IMG/VR virus record: IMGVR_UViG_3300026235_000001
Coordinates: 1 to 39,959 of that record
Source of the DNA: a virus
Length of the DNA: 39,959 bases
Direction: 5' to 3' (one strand)
The notes beneath the pieces were generated by a model, which ran no database searches, was not told the origin of the DNA, and saw only the letters and a list, made by a program, of their open reading frames with translations. Shown here piece by piece: positions 26,750 through 34,083 of this stretch. The translations under genes were made by a program, and so were the position numbers. Within the stretch, counting starts at the first letter, position 1. Each line of letters starts with the position of its first letter.

Positions 26750-28920
26750 TGCCACAAAATGAAGCAGAGGGGCGCTTGAACCTTTATGATGATGTGACGC
26801 CTTTGGGAGACGTCAAAAGCGTTGACGCTTTAATCAGAGCCATTCGCAAGAAAACGAGAGGGGCAGACGTTCGAGAGTCTATCGCTAAAGCTATTGAAAC
26901 GACATACGCTGACGGGACTGCCAATGGCAATGCCAATTTGGAAGTCGCAAAAGCTCGGGGGGAATATGAAACCCTAAATCAACGCCTTCAAGATATCCAA
27001 ACAACCGCCAAGTCAAGTCAAGAACTAGGGGAGCGGAATGACGACAACAAGGTAGACAAGAACGGTAGTGGTCAAATCAAGTGGGCAAACCTTGCGCAAG
27101 ATGCGAGAGAGCAAATCTCAGGCGGCAAGGTGGCAGTGGTTGGAAACAATGCTGTTTCAACATCTAACATCGTTGATGGAGCAGTTACGGACACCAAACT
27201 TGATGAACGCATGGGGTTTGGGTTGATGATTGCAGGTCGACTATTGATTGATGTCGCCAATTCTCAAGTGGAATTAAGCAGCGGTAGTTGGTTCCAAGTC
27301 GGAAAACGTAAAGCCAACGCCAGAGATACCTTAACAGCTCCGCTGCCAAAAACGGGTTTGTCGCAGTACGTTATTTACAACGACGAGACGAACTCGTTAT
27401 ATGTCAAAACATTAAACGACATTCAAAACATTGGTAATCGTGAAACCATCTTAGCAATCCTATTTAATGGAGCATTGGTTCACCCACAATCCTCTCCATT
27501 TGTTAAGACGGTGGGGCTCAAAGTCGGTGAACGCTTAGATTACGTGAATGCCGACTGGGGGACAGTTATCCAAGGGGAAATCACATTTGACGCCAAAACA
27601 AATACTGTCAGAGGTCAAAGAAAAGGCGACATCATTGTCTCTTTTCAAAATTATTACATTGACGGCATTGAAGATTTTGAAATTACCTTACCGAACTACT
27701 TTGGGAAATTGTTACTCTTTGATAGAGAAAGCAAAAAGTTTCAAGTAGCGGACATGGATAGTTACGACAGTCACAAGAAGAAAGATATTTCTAAAGCAGC
27801 TTCACTAATCAAAGTGGCTGAAATATACCAAAATGAAATTAGGCATATTTCTAGCAATAGCAATGTTTTTCTTATCAACCAAGAAACCCAACGCAAACAA
27901 GACATCACACTTGAACGGTTGAAAGTTGACTTACAAACCAAGCGGACAGTTATCGTGACGCTAGGTGACTCAACGACGGATGGGTACAGAACATCTGGTT
28001 ATTCAGGAAATGTTCTTGAAAGTTTGACACCAAAACCAAAGACTTATACCGAGATTTTAAACGGCATCGTCAATGACCAAAAGGGGTATGGCTTCAACCA
28101 CAAATTCTATAATCGGGGCTTCTCTGGAAAAACAATTGCTTGGTTAAAAGATAACTTGGATGCTGTCTTAGCTCCAATCACCGAAAAAATCGACTATGCT
28201 ATTATCTCAATGGGAATTAATGACAGTGTTTACCAGAAGGACAACATTCAACCTTTCGAAGAGAACCACATCGACATTGTTAAACGTTTGATATCTAAAG
28301 GAATTAAACCTATCTTGATGTCAACACAAGCCCAATTTGAAAACTATAATCGTTTTGGCTCAAAGATTAACAGTATCGCTGACAATATCAAGAAAGATTT
28401 AGCGAAAGAACTAGGTATCCCATTCATTGACTACAATGCCGGGACTAGAAATATTCTGAATGACTCAGAGTATAGTGTTAAGGCTCTTATTCCTGATATG
28501 TGTCATTTTGGCGATTTAGGTCATCGAAAATCGGCAGAATTTCTAGCTAGTCAATTGATTCATCGTGTTGAAAATGTCAGCACTGGTGATAAGATCGGCT
28601 ACCAGAATAATCGTGTTGTCTCAGACTTGAACTATTCGGATTATTTATCTGATGTTGAAAAAGAGGTTAAATTCTTACCTTCAAAGGTAGATGGGTTTGA
28701 CTTAGAGGGTCACTTTAATGGGGCTCAAAAGACCATGTTTGAAGCTTTGGTTTATGTCAATAAACCAGTTGTAGTTAAATACTTCGGAGAGAACGTGTCT
28801 GTAAGTAGCAACGGTGCTAACTTGGATGATGGCGCACGGTTGGATGTTGGTCTCTACAAGATTTCAGTTAAAAACACGCCAAATCAACCATCATCCTTCC
28901 GTGGTTTGAAATTTGAGTAG
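26749..28920 (+). CDS. Tail fibre / receptor-binding protein carrying an SGNH (GDSL) esterase domain
   Basis: SGNH blocks VTLGDSTTDG (near 27955), GINDS and DMCHFGDLGH. The N-terminal fibre-anchor-like region contains ANLEVAKARGEYETLNQRL. Confidence 0.7.
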   Translation: MPQNEAEGRLNLYDDVTPLGDVKSVDALIRAIRKKTRGADVRESIAKAIETTYADGTANGNANLEVAKARGEYETLNQRLQDIQTTAKSSQELGERNDDNKVDKNGSGQIKWANLAQDAREQISGGKVAVVGNNAVSTSNIVDGAVTDTKLDERMGFGLMIAGRLLIDVANSQVELSSGSWFQVGKRKANARDTLTAPLPKTGLSQYVIYNDETNSLYVKTLNDIQNIGNRETILAILFNGALVHPQSSPFVKTVGLKVGERLDYVNADWGTVIQGEITFDAKTNTVRGQRKGDIIVSFQNYYIDGIEDFEITLPNYFGKLLLFDRESKKFQVADMDSYDSHKKKDISKAASLIKVAEIYQNEIRHISSNSNVFLINQETQRKQDITLERLKVDLQTKRTVIVTLGDSTTDGYRTSGYSGNVLESLTPKPKTYTEILNGIVNDQKGYGFNHKFYNRGFSGKTIAWLKDNLDAVLAPITEKIDYAIISMGINDSVYQKDNIQPFEENHIDIVKRLISKGIKPILMSTQAQFENYNRFGSKINSIADNIKKDLAKELGIPFIDYNAGTRNILNDSEYSVKALIPDMCHFGDLGHRKSAEFLASQLIHRVENVSTGDKIGYQNNRVVSDLNYSDYLSDVEKEVKFLPSKVDGFDLEGHFNGAQKTMFEALVYVNKPVVVKYFGENVSVSSNGANLDDGARLDVGLYKISVKNTPNQPSSFRGLKFE

Positions 28921-28931
28921 AAGGGGGAATA

Positions 28932-29366
28932 TTGAACAAGCCAGATGGAATCTTTGGAATCTTCGATGTTGTACGTGATTTCTACGAGCATGGCATAGAC
29001 GAGCATCTTTGGGTATTCCTCTTAATGGTAGTTATCGCTTGCGATATTATCATAGGTGTATCTAGGGCATGGGCTTATCATGAGTTTTCAAGCTCTAAGT
29101 TTAGAAAAGGGCTTGTCAGCCATACAGCTATGATTACCTTTGTGGCGATATTCTATCCATTTGCTGCCTTCATGAACCTTGGAGGGGTGTTAGATGCCTT
29201 CATTATGGCAATGATAGCAGCTTACGGCTCTAGCATCCTAGCCAGTCTATCAGCTCTAGGCGTGGAAATTCCCTACATTGATAGATATGTGAAGAAAAAC
29301 ATTGATAAAGAAAAATTTAATTTAACCTCAATCGAGGAAGAAAAAGGAGAACATGAAAATGATTAA
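28932..29366 (+). CDS. Holin (multi-TM)
   Basis: TTG start with SD aaggggg. Three to four hydrophobic helices and a charged C-terminus EEEKGEHEND. Confidence 0.7.
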   Translation: MNKPDGIFGIFDVVRDFYEHGIDEHLWVFLLMVVIACDIIIGVSRAWAYHEFSSSKFRKGLVSHTAMITFVAIFYPFAAFMNLGGVLDAFIMAMIAAYGSSILASLSALGVEIPYIDRYVKKNIDKEKFNLTSIEEEKGEHEND

Positions 29367-29589
29367 TTTTAAACTACGTTTGCAAAACAAAACAACTCTA
29401 GTAGCTCTTATCTCAGCAGTATTTCTCATGTTGCAACAGTTTGGACTTACAATCCCTAGCAACATCCAAGAGGGAGTCAATACTCTCGTTGTTATCTTGG
29501 TTATCCTCGGAATTGTTACAGACCCAACAACTAAGGGCGTAGCAGATAGTGAGCGTGCATTAAACTACCATCAACCTCGTGAGGACTAG
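29353..29589 (+). CDS. Holin (phi-LC3-like, small)
   Basis: 78 aa with two TM helices (LVALISAVFLMLQQF, LVVILVILGIV) and a polar tail. Confidence 0.65.
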   Translation: MKMINFKLRLQNKTTLVALISAVFLMLQQFGLTIPSNIQEGVNTLVVILVILGIVTDPTTKGVADSERALNYHQPRED

Positions 29590-29592
29590 CCT

Positions 29593-30045
29593 ATGGCCAA
29601 GCTCATGACTTCCGTCAACCAAATCGAGGGTGGTGATGTCCTTAAATCTGGGGACACCACTTCCGTCTTTGGTTTTGAAATTTTGGGTTACGATGGAAAA
29701 CGCATGGAGCTATCTGGCACTGGTAAGCTCACATTGTCAAACGATGAAACAGTGGCACTATATCAAGATGTTACCGTTGAAAATGGGGTGTTCTCATTCT
29801 CAATGGGCAGTGTAGTAGCTACTGGCACTTACTACCTTGAAATTAAACTAGACGGACATATCTTCCCGTCTAACAATTTTAAAGTCAAAGTGAAAAATTC
29901 GTTAAATGCTGACAGCGCTATTCCATCAGACAAGAGCCCTAAACTAAAACTACTAGCGGATGAATTGCGAGAGTCTGGCTTAATCACTGGTGGCAGTGAG
30001 ACCACGGAAGACCTCGTTAATGTCTACAATCTAGCTAAAATTTGA
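29593..30045 (+). CDS. Hypothetical protein; its C-terminal EDLVNVYNLAK module is shared with the next ORF
   Basis: 150-aa ORF located between the holins and the lysin. Confidence 0.5.
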   Translation: MAKLMTSVNQIEGGDVLKSGDTTSVFGFEILGYDGKRMELSGTGKLTLSNDETVALYQDVTVENGVFSFSMGSVVATGTYYLEIKLDGHIFPSNNFKVKVKNSLNADSAIPSDKSPKLKLLADELRESGLITGGSETTEDLVNVYNLAKI

Positions 30046-30058
30046 AAGGAATAACTAA

Positions 30059-30367
30059 ATGAGTAAATTACACGATTTTGCCCAAGCAGTCGGAGCAGAC
30101 ATTAAGGAAATCAAGGCATCGATTGCTAGCAAGGTAACTGGTGTCAGTGAAGAACGCTTGACGCAAGCAATTACACAAGCAAAAGCTGATATCATTGGCA
30201 ATGCACCGGAAGAACTTGATACACTCAAGGAAATTGCTGATAAAATCAGTGCAGCGGGTGGCAATATTGACAGTGGTATCATCAGTAAAATGACCGAGCT
30301 TGGCACTCGTATTGATACCATCGAGCAAGAAGACCTTGTGAACGTATACAACGCAGCGAAAGCGTGA
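30059..30367 (+). CDS. Small fibre-like protein (GNAPEELDTLKEIADKI motif)
   Basis: The N-terminus MSKLHDFAQAVGADIKEIK is shared with the next ORF. The C-terminus EDLVNVYNAAK is shared with the previous ORF. Confidence 0.5.
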   Translation: MSKLHDFAQAVGADIKEIKASIASKVTGVSEERLTQAITQAKADIIGNAPEELDTLKEIADKISAAGGNIDSGIISKMTELGTRIDTIEQEDLVNVYNAAKA

Positions 30368-30371
30368 GCCT

Positions 30372-30644
30372 ATGAGTAAATTACACGATTTCGCCCAAGC
30401 CGTTGGTGCAGATATCAAAGAAATTAAAGATAAACAATCGTCATCATTGTCTATCAGCCAAGCGTATGGGTTGTTCCCAACTTACAATAACTTTTTTCTA
30501 CAGGTTTTAGAACAAAATAAATTTGCGGAAGACCCGCTTGTAACAAAGTCTCAATTACCCACAAGCGAAATTGACGCTTTAAAACAGAAGGTCGAAGAGT
30601 TGGAAAAAACTATCTCGGAAATTAAACAGGCTATTCAAAAATAA
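30372..30644 (+). CDS. Hypothetical protein, N-terminal paralog of the preceding ORF
   Basis: The first 19 aa are identical to those of ORF 30059. Confidence 0.5.
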   Translation: MSKLHDFAQAVGADIKEIKDKQSSSLSISQAYGLFPTYNNFFLQVLEQNKFAEDPLVTKSQLPTSEIDALKQKVEELEKTISEIKQAIQK

Positions 30645-30662
30645 TTTAAGGAGGCCTACTAT

Positions 30663-30749
30663 ATGGCAACAGATAATGACATTATCTTATTTGCAGAAAA
30701 TCTAGCTGACGCTGGTGTCGGTACTGATGCAGATGGAAGTTGGGGAACT
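30663..30749 (+). CDS. Endolysin exon 1 (MATDNDIILFAENLADAGVGTDADGSWGT)
   Basis: SD aaggagg. The exon ends at a U that pairs as G-U with an internal guide sequence; an in-frame TAA follows immediately in the intron. Confidence 0.75.
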
Positions 30750-31792
30750 TAACAAACTGGGTTCCTAATCCCGAGAATTGCTGGGACACCCTGAAGCTAT
30801 GAAGGCTACAACGCAACCGGTAACGGTAAACGTGACACGCTTAAAAACATTCATAGTTGGGCAATCAGCAGCCGAGCCTCCTTGGTAAAAGAGGAGGAAG
30901 GTTCAACGACTAAGTGCTTGCAATCGCAAGACAGCACGGGACGTTTGTGGTATAATGGAGTTAGACGACAAAGGAGGGCTAACCCATGCAGACGATTGAA
31001 AATAAAGAGATTGGCGTTACTTTCAATTATTTAAAATTGCTAAAAATATCTGGCAAAGATAAAAACGGGAAGAAACTTGGGATATTCAAATGTACTTTGT
31101 GCGGAAATGAAAAAGAAATGAGGATAACCGAAGTAAGGAACGGATATTCAAAATCTTGTGGGTGTCTTTCAAAACTCAAAAACAAAGAAAGACTGAAAAA
31201 GCACGGGCTGACTGGAACGAAAACCCATAGCGCTTGGAAAGCGATGCGACAAAGATGCACAAATCCAAACTATTCAAGTTTTCACCGATACGGCGGCCGT
31301 GGTATAACTTATGCTGATGAATGGGAAGACTTCTCCCAGTTCTATAAAGACATGGGAGAACCGCCTTCTAGCAAGCATCAACTGGACAGAATAGACAATA
31401 ATGGGAACTACTGCAAAGAAAATTGCAGATGGGCTCTACCTCAAGAAAACTGCAATAATAGAGGTGTTTACAAAAATAAAACTGGTTACACCGGCGTTAG
31501 TGAAAATACTAGCAAGGCTGGTCGGTATTCGTCTTATTTTTGTGTAAATAGAAAACATATCCAAGTTGGAACTTTCTCAACTCCAGAAGAAGCATACAAA
31601 GCCAGAATTGAAGCGATAAAAAAATACAATAAAGAAAATAATGCCAACTTAAAATATATAGAATTCGAAGAATGTCACAAAACGAAGATATAGTCTCATC
31701 TTACGTGAAAGCGTAAGCTCATAAAAGAGGGAGCACGTTATACAGTCAATCCAAGAAATTGTTTTGAGGAGAGACGTGCTTTTAAGATAATG
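30750..31792 (+). mobile_element. Group I intron interrupting the lysin gene
   Basis: P1: exon GGAACU (30744-30749) pairs with GGUUCC (30760-30765), ending in U-G. The terminal G is at 31792. Joining the exons restores the CHAP motif GSWGT|QCVDLPN. The intron contains an HNH ORF and several GC stems. Confidence 0.75.
30986..31693 (+). CDS. Intron-encoded HNH homing endonuclease with a C-terminal AP2-like DNA-binding domain
   Basis: HQLDRIDNNGNYCKENCRWALPQENCNNR (HNH). GYTGVS...GRYSSYF...IQVGTFSTPEEAYKARIEAI (AP2-like). It has its own TGGTATAAT box at 30948-30956. Confidence 0.8.
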   Translation: MQTIENKEIGVTFNYLKLLKISGKDKNGKKLGIFKCTLCGNEKEMRITEVRNGYSKSCGCLSKLKNKERLKKHGLTGTKTHSAWKAMRQRCTNPNYSSFHRYGGRGITYADEWEDFSQFYKDMGEPPSSKHQLDRIDNNGNYCKENCRWALPQENCNNRGVYKNKTGYTGVSENTSKAGRYSSYFCVNRKHIQVGTFSTPEEAYKARIEAIKKYNKENNANLKYIEFEECHKTKI

Positions 31793-32452
31793 CAATGTGT
31801 TGACCTGCCCAACTCTATCTCAATTAACTTCTTTGGCCGTGCCCTTTGGGGGAACGCCATTGACTTGCTAAACTCAGCGGCGGAAGCAGGCTATGAAGTC
31901 GAGTATAATCAAGAAGGGAACCTTGATAGCCGTCCACGTCGTGGGGCTGTATTCGTCATGGATACTACTTACATCGCAGGGCATCCATACGGGCACACTG
32001 GCTTGGTTATCGAAGATTCAGACGGCTACACCATGCGAACTATCGAGCAGAATATTGACGGCAATGCTGATAGCTTATACGTTGGCGGACCTGCTCGTTA
32101 CAATACACGCAATTTTGACGGTATTGTAGGTTGGTTCTACTTCCCAACGGATAATCAATCACAAGCCCCTGCACCAACACCGACACCGTTTGATGGTATA
32201 ATTACTATTAACGAGGAAACCGGGACGTTTACGGTTGAAGTATCAGCTCTTAACGTTCGAGCTGGTGCTGGTCTAGGTGCTGAAATCGTAGCAGTTTATG
32301 GAGCCGGTGAAACTATCAACTATGACGGCTGGTGTGACGTTGACGGCTATATCTGGATCAGTTACATTGGCGGGTCTGGAAATCGTCGCTATGTCGCAGT
32401 TGGACAATCAGAGAATGGGCGGCGTGTAACGTCATTCGGTTCATTCGCTTAA
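31793..32452 (+). CDS. Endolysin exon 2: rest of the CHAP domain plus a C-terminal SH3b-like cell-wall-binding domain
   Basis: QCVDLPN (catalytic Cys), GHPYGHTGLV (His), a PAPTPTP linker and VRAGAGLGAEIVAVYGAGETINYDGWCDVDGYIWISY (SH3-like). Confidence 0.85.
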   Translation, partial: QCVDLPNSISINFFGRALWGNAIDLLNSAAEAGYEVEYNQEGNLDSRPRRGAVFVMDTTYIAGHPYGHTGLVIEDSDGYTMRTIEQNIDGNADSLYVGGPARYNTRNFDGIVGWFYFPTDNQSQAPAPTPTPFDGIITINEETGTFTVEVSALNVRAGAGLGAEIVAVYGAGETINYDGWCDVDGYIWISYIGGSGNRRYVAVGQSENGRRVTSFGSFA

Positions 32453-32539
32453 TCAAGACCACGAAAACTATAAAATAAAAAAAGGAGTATATCACCTCCC
32501 CTCACACTGCAGTAGGGATACCATGGCAGTAGTGGTCGA

Positions 32540-32567
32540 AGCCTCAGCATTGTGCTGGGGCTTTTTT
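32540..32567 (+). terminator. Terminator downstream of the lysin gene
   Basis: Stem agcctcagca/tgctggggct (one G-U), then tttttt. Confidence 0.75.
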
Positions 32568-32570
32568 ATT

Positions 32571-32627
32571 TGGTATAATATATCTAGGAAAGTGCCAGTA
32601 ACTCTACGGGGTCTGGTGCGTTTTTTT
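32571..32627 (+). ncRNA. Mini transcription unit 1: extended -10 promoter + hairpin + T-run
   Basis: Promoter tggtataatata 32571-32582. Stem gtgccag 32592-32598 / ctggtgc 32613-32619. T7 at 32621-32627. No ORF. Confidence 0.5.
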
Positions 32628-32635
32628 ATTTTTTG

Positions 32636-32710
32636 TGCTATAATATACATGAAATGACAATCCCCCTGCATCCACTATGGACAGATACGATCTGACGCAG
32701 GGCTTTTTTT
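32636..32710 (+). ncRNA. Mini transcription unit 2
   Basis: Promoter tgctataatata 32636-32647. Stem ccctgc 32664-32669 / gcaggg 32697-32702 with an inner cagat-acg-atctg hairpin. T7 at 32704-32710. Confidence 0.5.
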
Positions 32711-32711
32711 G

Positions 32712-32771
32712 TGTTATAATATAAGTCCATCATAGGCAAAGAGCTACGAGGTTATCTCATAGCTCTTTTTT
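32712..32771 (+). ncRNA. Mini transcription unit 3
   Basis: Promoter tgttataatata 32712-32723. Stem agagcta 32740-32746 / tagctct 32760-32766, then a T-run. Confidence 0.5.
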
Positions 32772-32849
32772 ATATTTGTGATTTCAATGGAGAAGTGATA
32801 ACATAGATTTCGGAATACTTGGCGTTATTTCGATAATTTCTCGAACTGC

Positions 32850-32873
32850 CCCGGCTTTATGTCGGGTTTTTTT
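32850..32873 (+). terminator. Fourth consecutive terminator (end of a promoter-poor unit 4)
   Basis: Stem cccggc 32850-32855 / gtcggg 32861-32866, then T7. Confidence 0.65.
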
Positions 32874-32910
32874 ATTTTGCAAAAAAACTTAAATTTCTTT
32901 ATAAAAAGTG

Positions 32911-32939
32911 TTGACAAACTATCATGTATGATATATAAT
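32911..32939 (+). promoter_or_regulatory. Strong sigma-70-type promoter of the acr-like operon
   Basis: TTGACA 32911-32916, a 17-bp spacer, TATAAT 32934-32939. Confidence 0.75.
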
Positions 32940-32972
32940 ATACTTGTAAGATAAAGGAAGGAAGTAAAGGAA

Positions 32973-33317
32973 ATGAAATCACAAGTAATGAGCCTAGCAT
33001 GGAAAATCTTCAAAAACGAAAAAAATGACGTAACTTTTTCTGAAGCATTGAAATTCGCTTGGAAAGCCGTTAAACGTCAAAAAATGGCGGATGATTTCTA
33101 CTTCTTCCGTTCTTCAAACGTTAAATTCCAAGGTGTTAAGAAATGGTTTGCTGAAAAAGAATTTCGTGGACGCAACAAGAAAGACTTGGCGTTCATGTCA
33201 GTAAGTGCGATCAGTGTTAAAGGGTTGGTCGAAGAAACTGATAAAGCTGTTAAACTTGAAATCGTGACACCTTATGGAGTTTCTGCTAAATGGTACCCAA
33301 AAAGTGTAATTGCTTAA
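32973..33317 (+). CDS. Hypothetical 114-aa protein, first gene of the acr-like operon (candidate anti-defence protein)
   Basis: SD aaggaagg; no family recognised by eye; co-transcribed with the AcrIIA6-like gene. Confidence 0.6.
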   Translation: MKSQVMSLAWKIFKNEKNDVTFSEALKFAWKAVKRQKMADDFYFFRSSNVKFQGVKKWFAEKEFRGRNKKDLAFMSVSAISVKGLVEETDKAVKLEIVTPYGVSAKWYPKSVIA

Positions 33318-33334
33318 TAAAAAGGAGAAATAAA

Positions 33335-33886
33335 ATGGAAATCAACAATGACATCAAAGAGTTAATCTTGGAATACGTGGGACGCTATTTCAAGTTTGAA
33401 AATGATTTTTACAAATTGCCGGGCATCAAATTTACCGATGCAAATTGGCAAAAATTCAAAAACGGTGATACATCCATCGAGAAAATGGGGGCGGCACGAG
33501 TAAACGCAATGCTCGACTGCCTATTCGATGATTTCGAGCTTGCTATGATTGGCAAGGCTCAAACTGATTATTACATTGATAACTCACTTAAATTGAACAT
33601 GCCATTTTATGCTTATTATGACATGTTCAAAAAACAACAGCTTCTAAAATGGATTGAGAATAGTCGTGAAGACATCATCGGAGGGGCTGGCAGAATGTAC
33701 ACAGCGGGCGGTAATTGGATTTCTAGCGCTTATTTAGAGATCGCATTAGAATCTAGTTCCATCGGTGGCGGTGGCTATATGCTTCAAATGCGGTTCAAAA
33801 ACTACTCAAGAGACCCTAGACCGATTCCAGCAGGCCACCAAAATCGTCTCGAATGGATTGAAAACAACTTGGAGAATATCCGATAA
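33335..33886 (+). CDS. acrIIA6: AcrIIA6-like anti-CRISPR protein (183 aa)
   Basis: Start at ATG 33335 (SD aaaggag 7 nt upstream) gives 183 aa. The sequence MEINNDIKELILEYVGRYFKFENDFYKLPGIKFTDANWQKF...NRLEWIENNLENIR matches my recollection of AcrIIA6 from S. thermophilus phages in both sequence and length. This needs BLASTP confirmation. Confidence 0.55.
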   Translation: MEINNDIKELILEYVGRYFKFENDFYKLPGIKFTDANWQKFKNGDTSIEKMGAARVNAMLDCLFDDFELAMIGKAQTDYYIDNSLKLNMPFYAYYDMFKKQQLLKWIENSREDIIGGAGRMYTAGGNWISSAYLEIALESSSIGGGGYMLQMRFKNYSRDPRPIPAGHQNRLEWIENNLENIR

Positions 33887-33888
33887 AA

Positions 33889-33913
33889 GACTAGGGTTAT
33901 CCTAGCCTTTTTT
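33889..33913 (+). terminator. Terminator of the acr-like operon
   Basis: Stem ctagg 33891-33895 / cctag 33901-33905, then tttttt. Confidence 0.6.
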
Positions 33914-34011
33914 GTGTATTCATGACAAATCAATAGACATTTAACCTAAATAAAGGTACACTATACATGTACTTTAGGCGATTACGCGCTGAATGTTTTT
34001 GTTTTTCATGT

Positions 34012-34044
34012 CGCTTGGTAGCTCATGCTGCCAAGTCTTTTTTT
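34012..34044 (+). terminator. Orphan plus-strand terminator (end of an ORF-free ~110-nt unit)
   Basis: Stem cttggtagc 34014-34022 / gctgccaag 34027-34035 (one G-U), then T7. Confidence 0.6.
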
Positions 34045-34053
34045 ATGCCCAAA

Positions 34054-34082
34054 CAAAAAAAGCTAGAGTAACAACTCCAGCT
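34054..34082 (-). terminator. Terminator of the minus-strand 66-aa ORF
   Basis: Stem agctagag 34061-34068 / ctccagct 34075-34082 (7 of 8 bp). The plus-strand A-run 34055-34061 reads as a T-run on the minus strand. Confidence 0.6.
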
Positions 34083-34083
34083 T

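Noticed and set aside
31790-31792. ATG 31790 as the lysin start (track ORF 31790-32452)
   Set aside because: That start would begin the protein at the catalytic Cys motif with no SD. The upstream exon plus intron architecture explains the sequence better.
32523-32660. 45-aa hydrophobic ORF (MAVVVEASALCWGFFIWYN...) running through the terminators and promoters
   Set aside because: It spans two predicted terminators, has only a marginal SD, and its hydrophobicity derives from the T-runs.
32540-32880. CRISPR mini-array interpretation of the tandem hairpin units
   Set aside because: What repeats is the promoter and T-run, not a 25-40 nt direct repeat. The intervening hairpins differ from one another, and there are no cas genes or leader.
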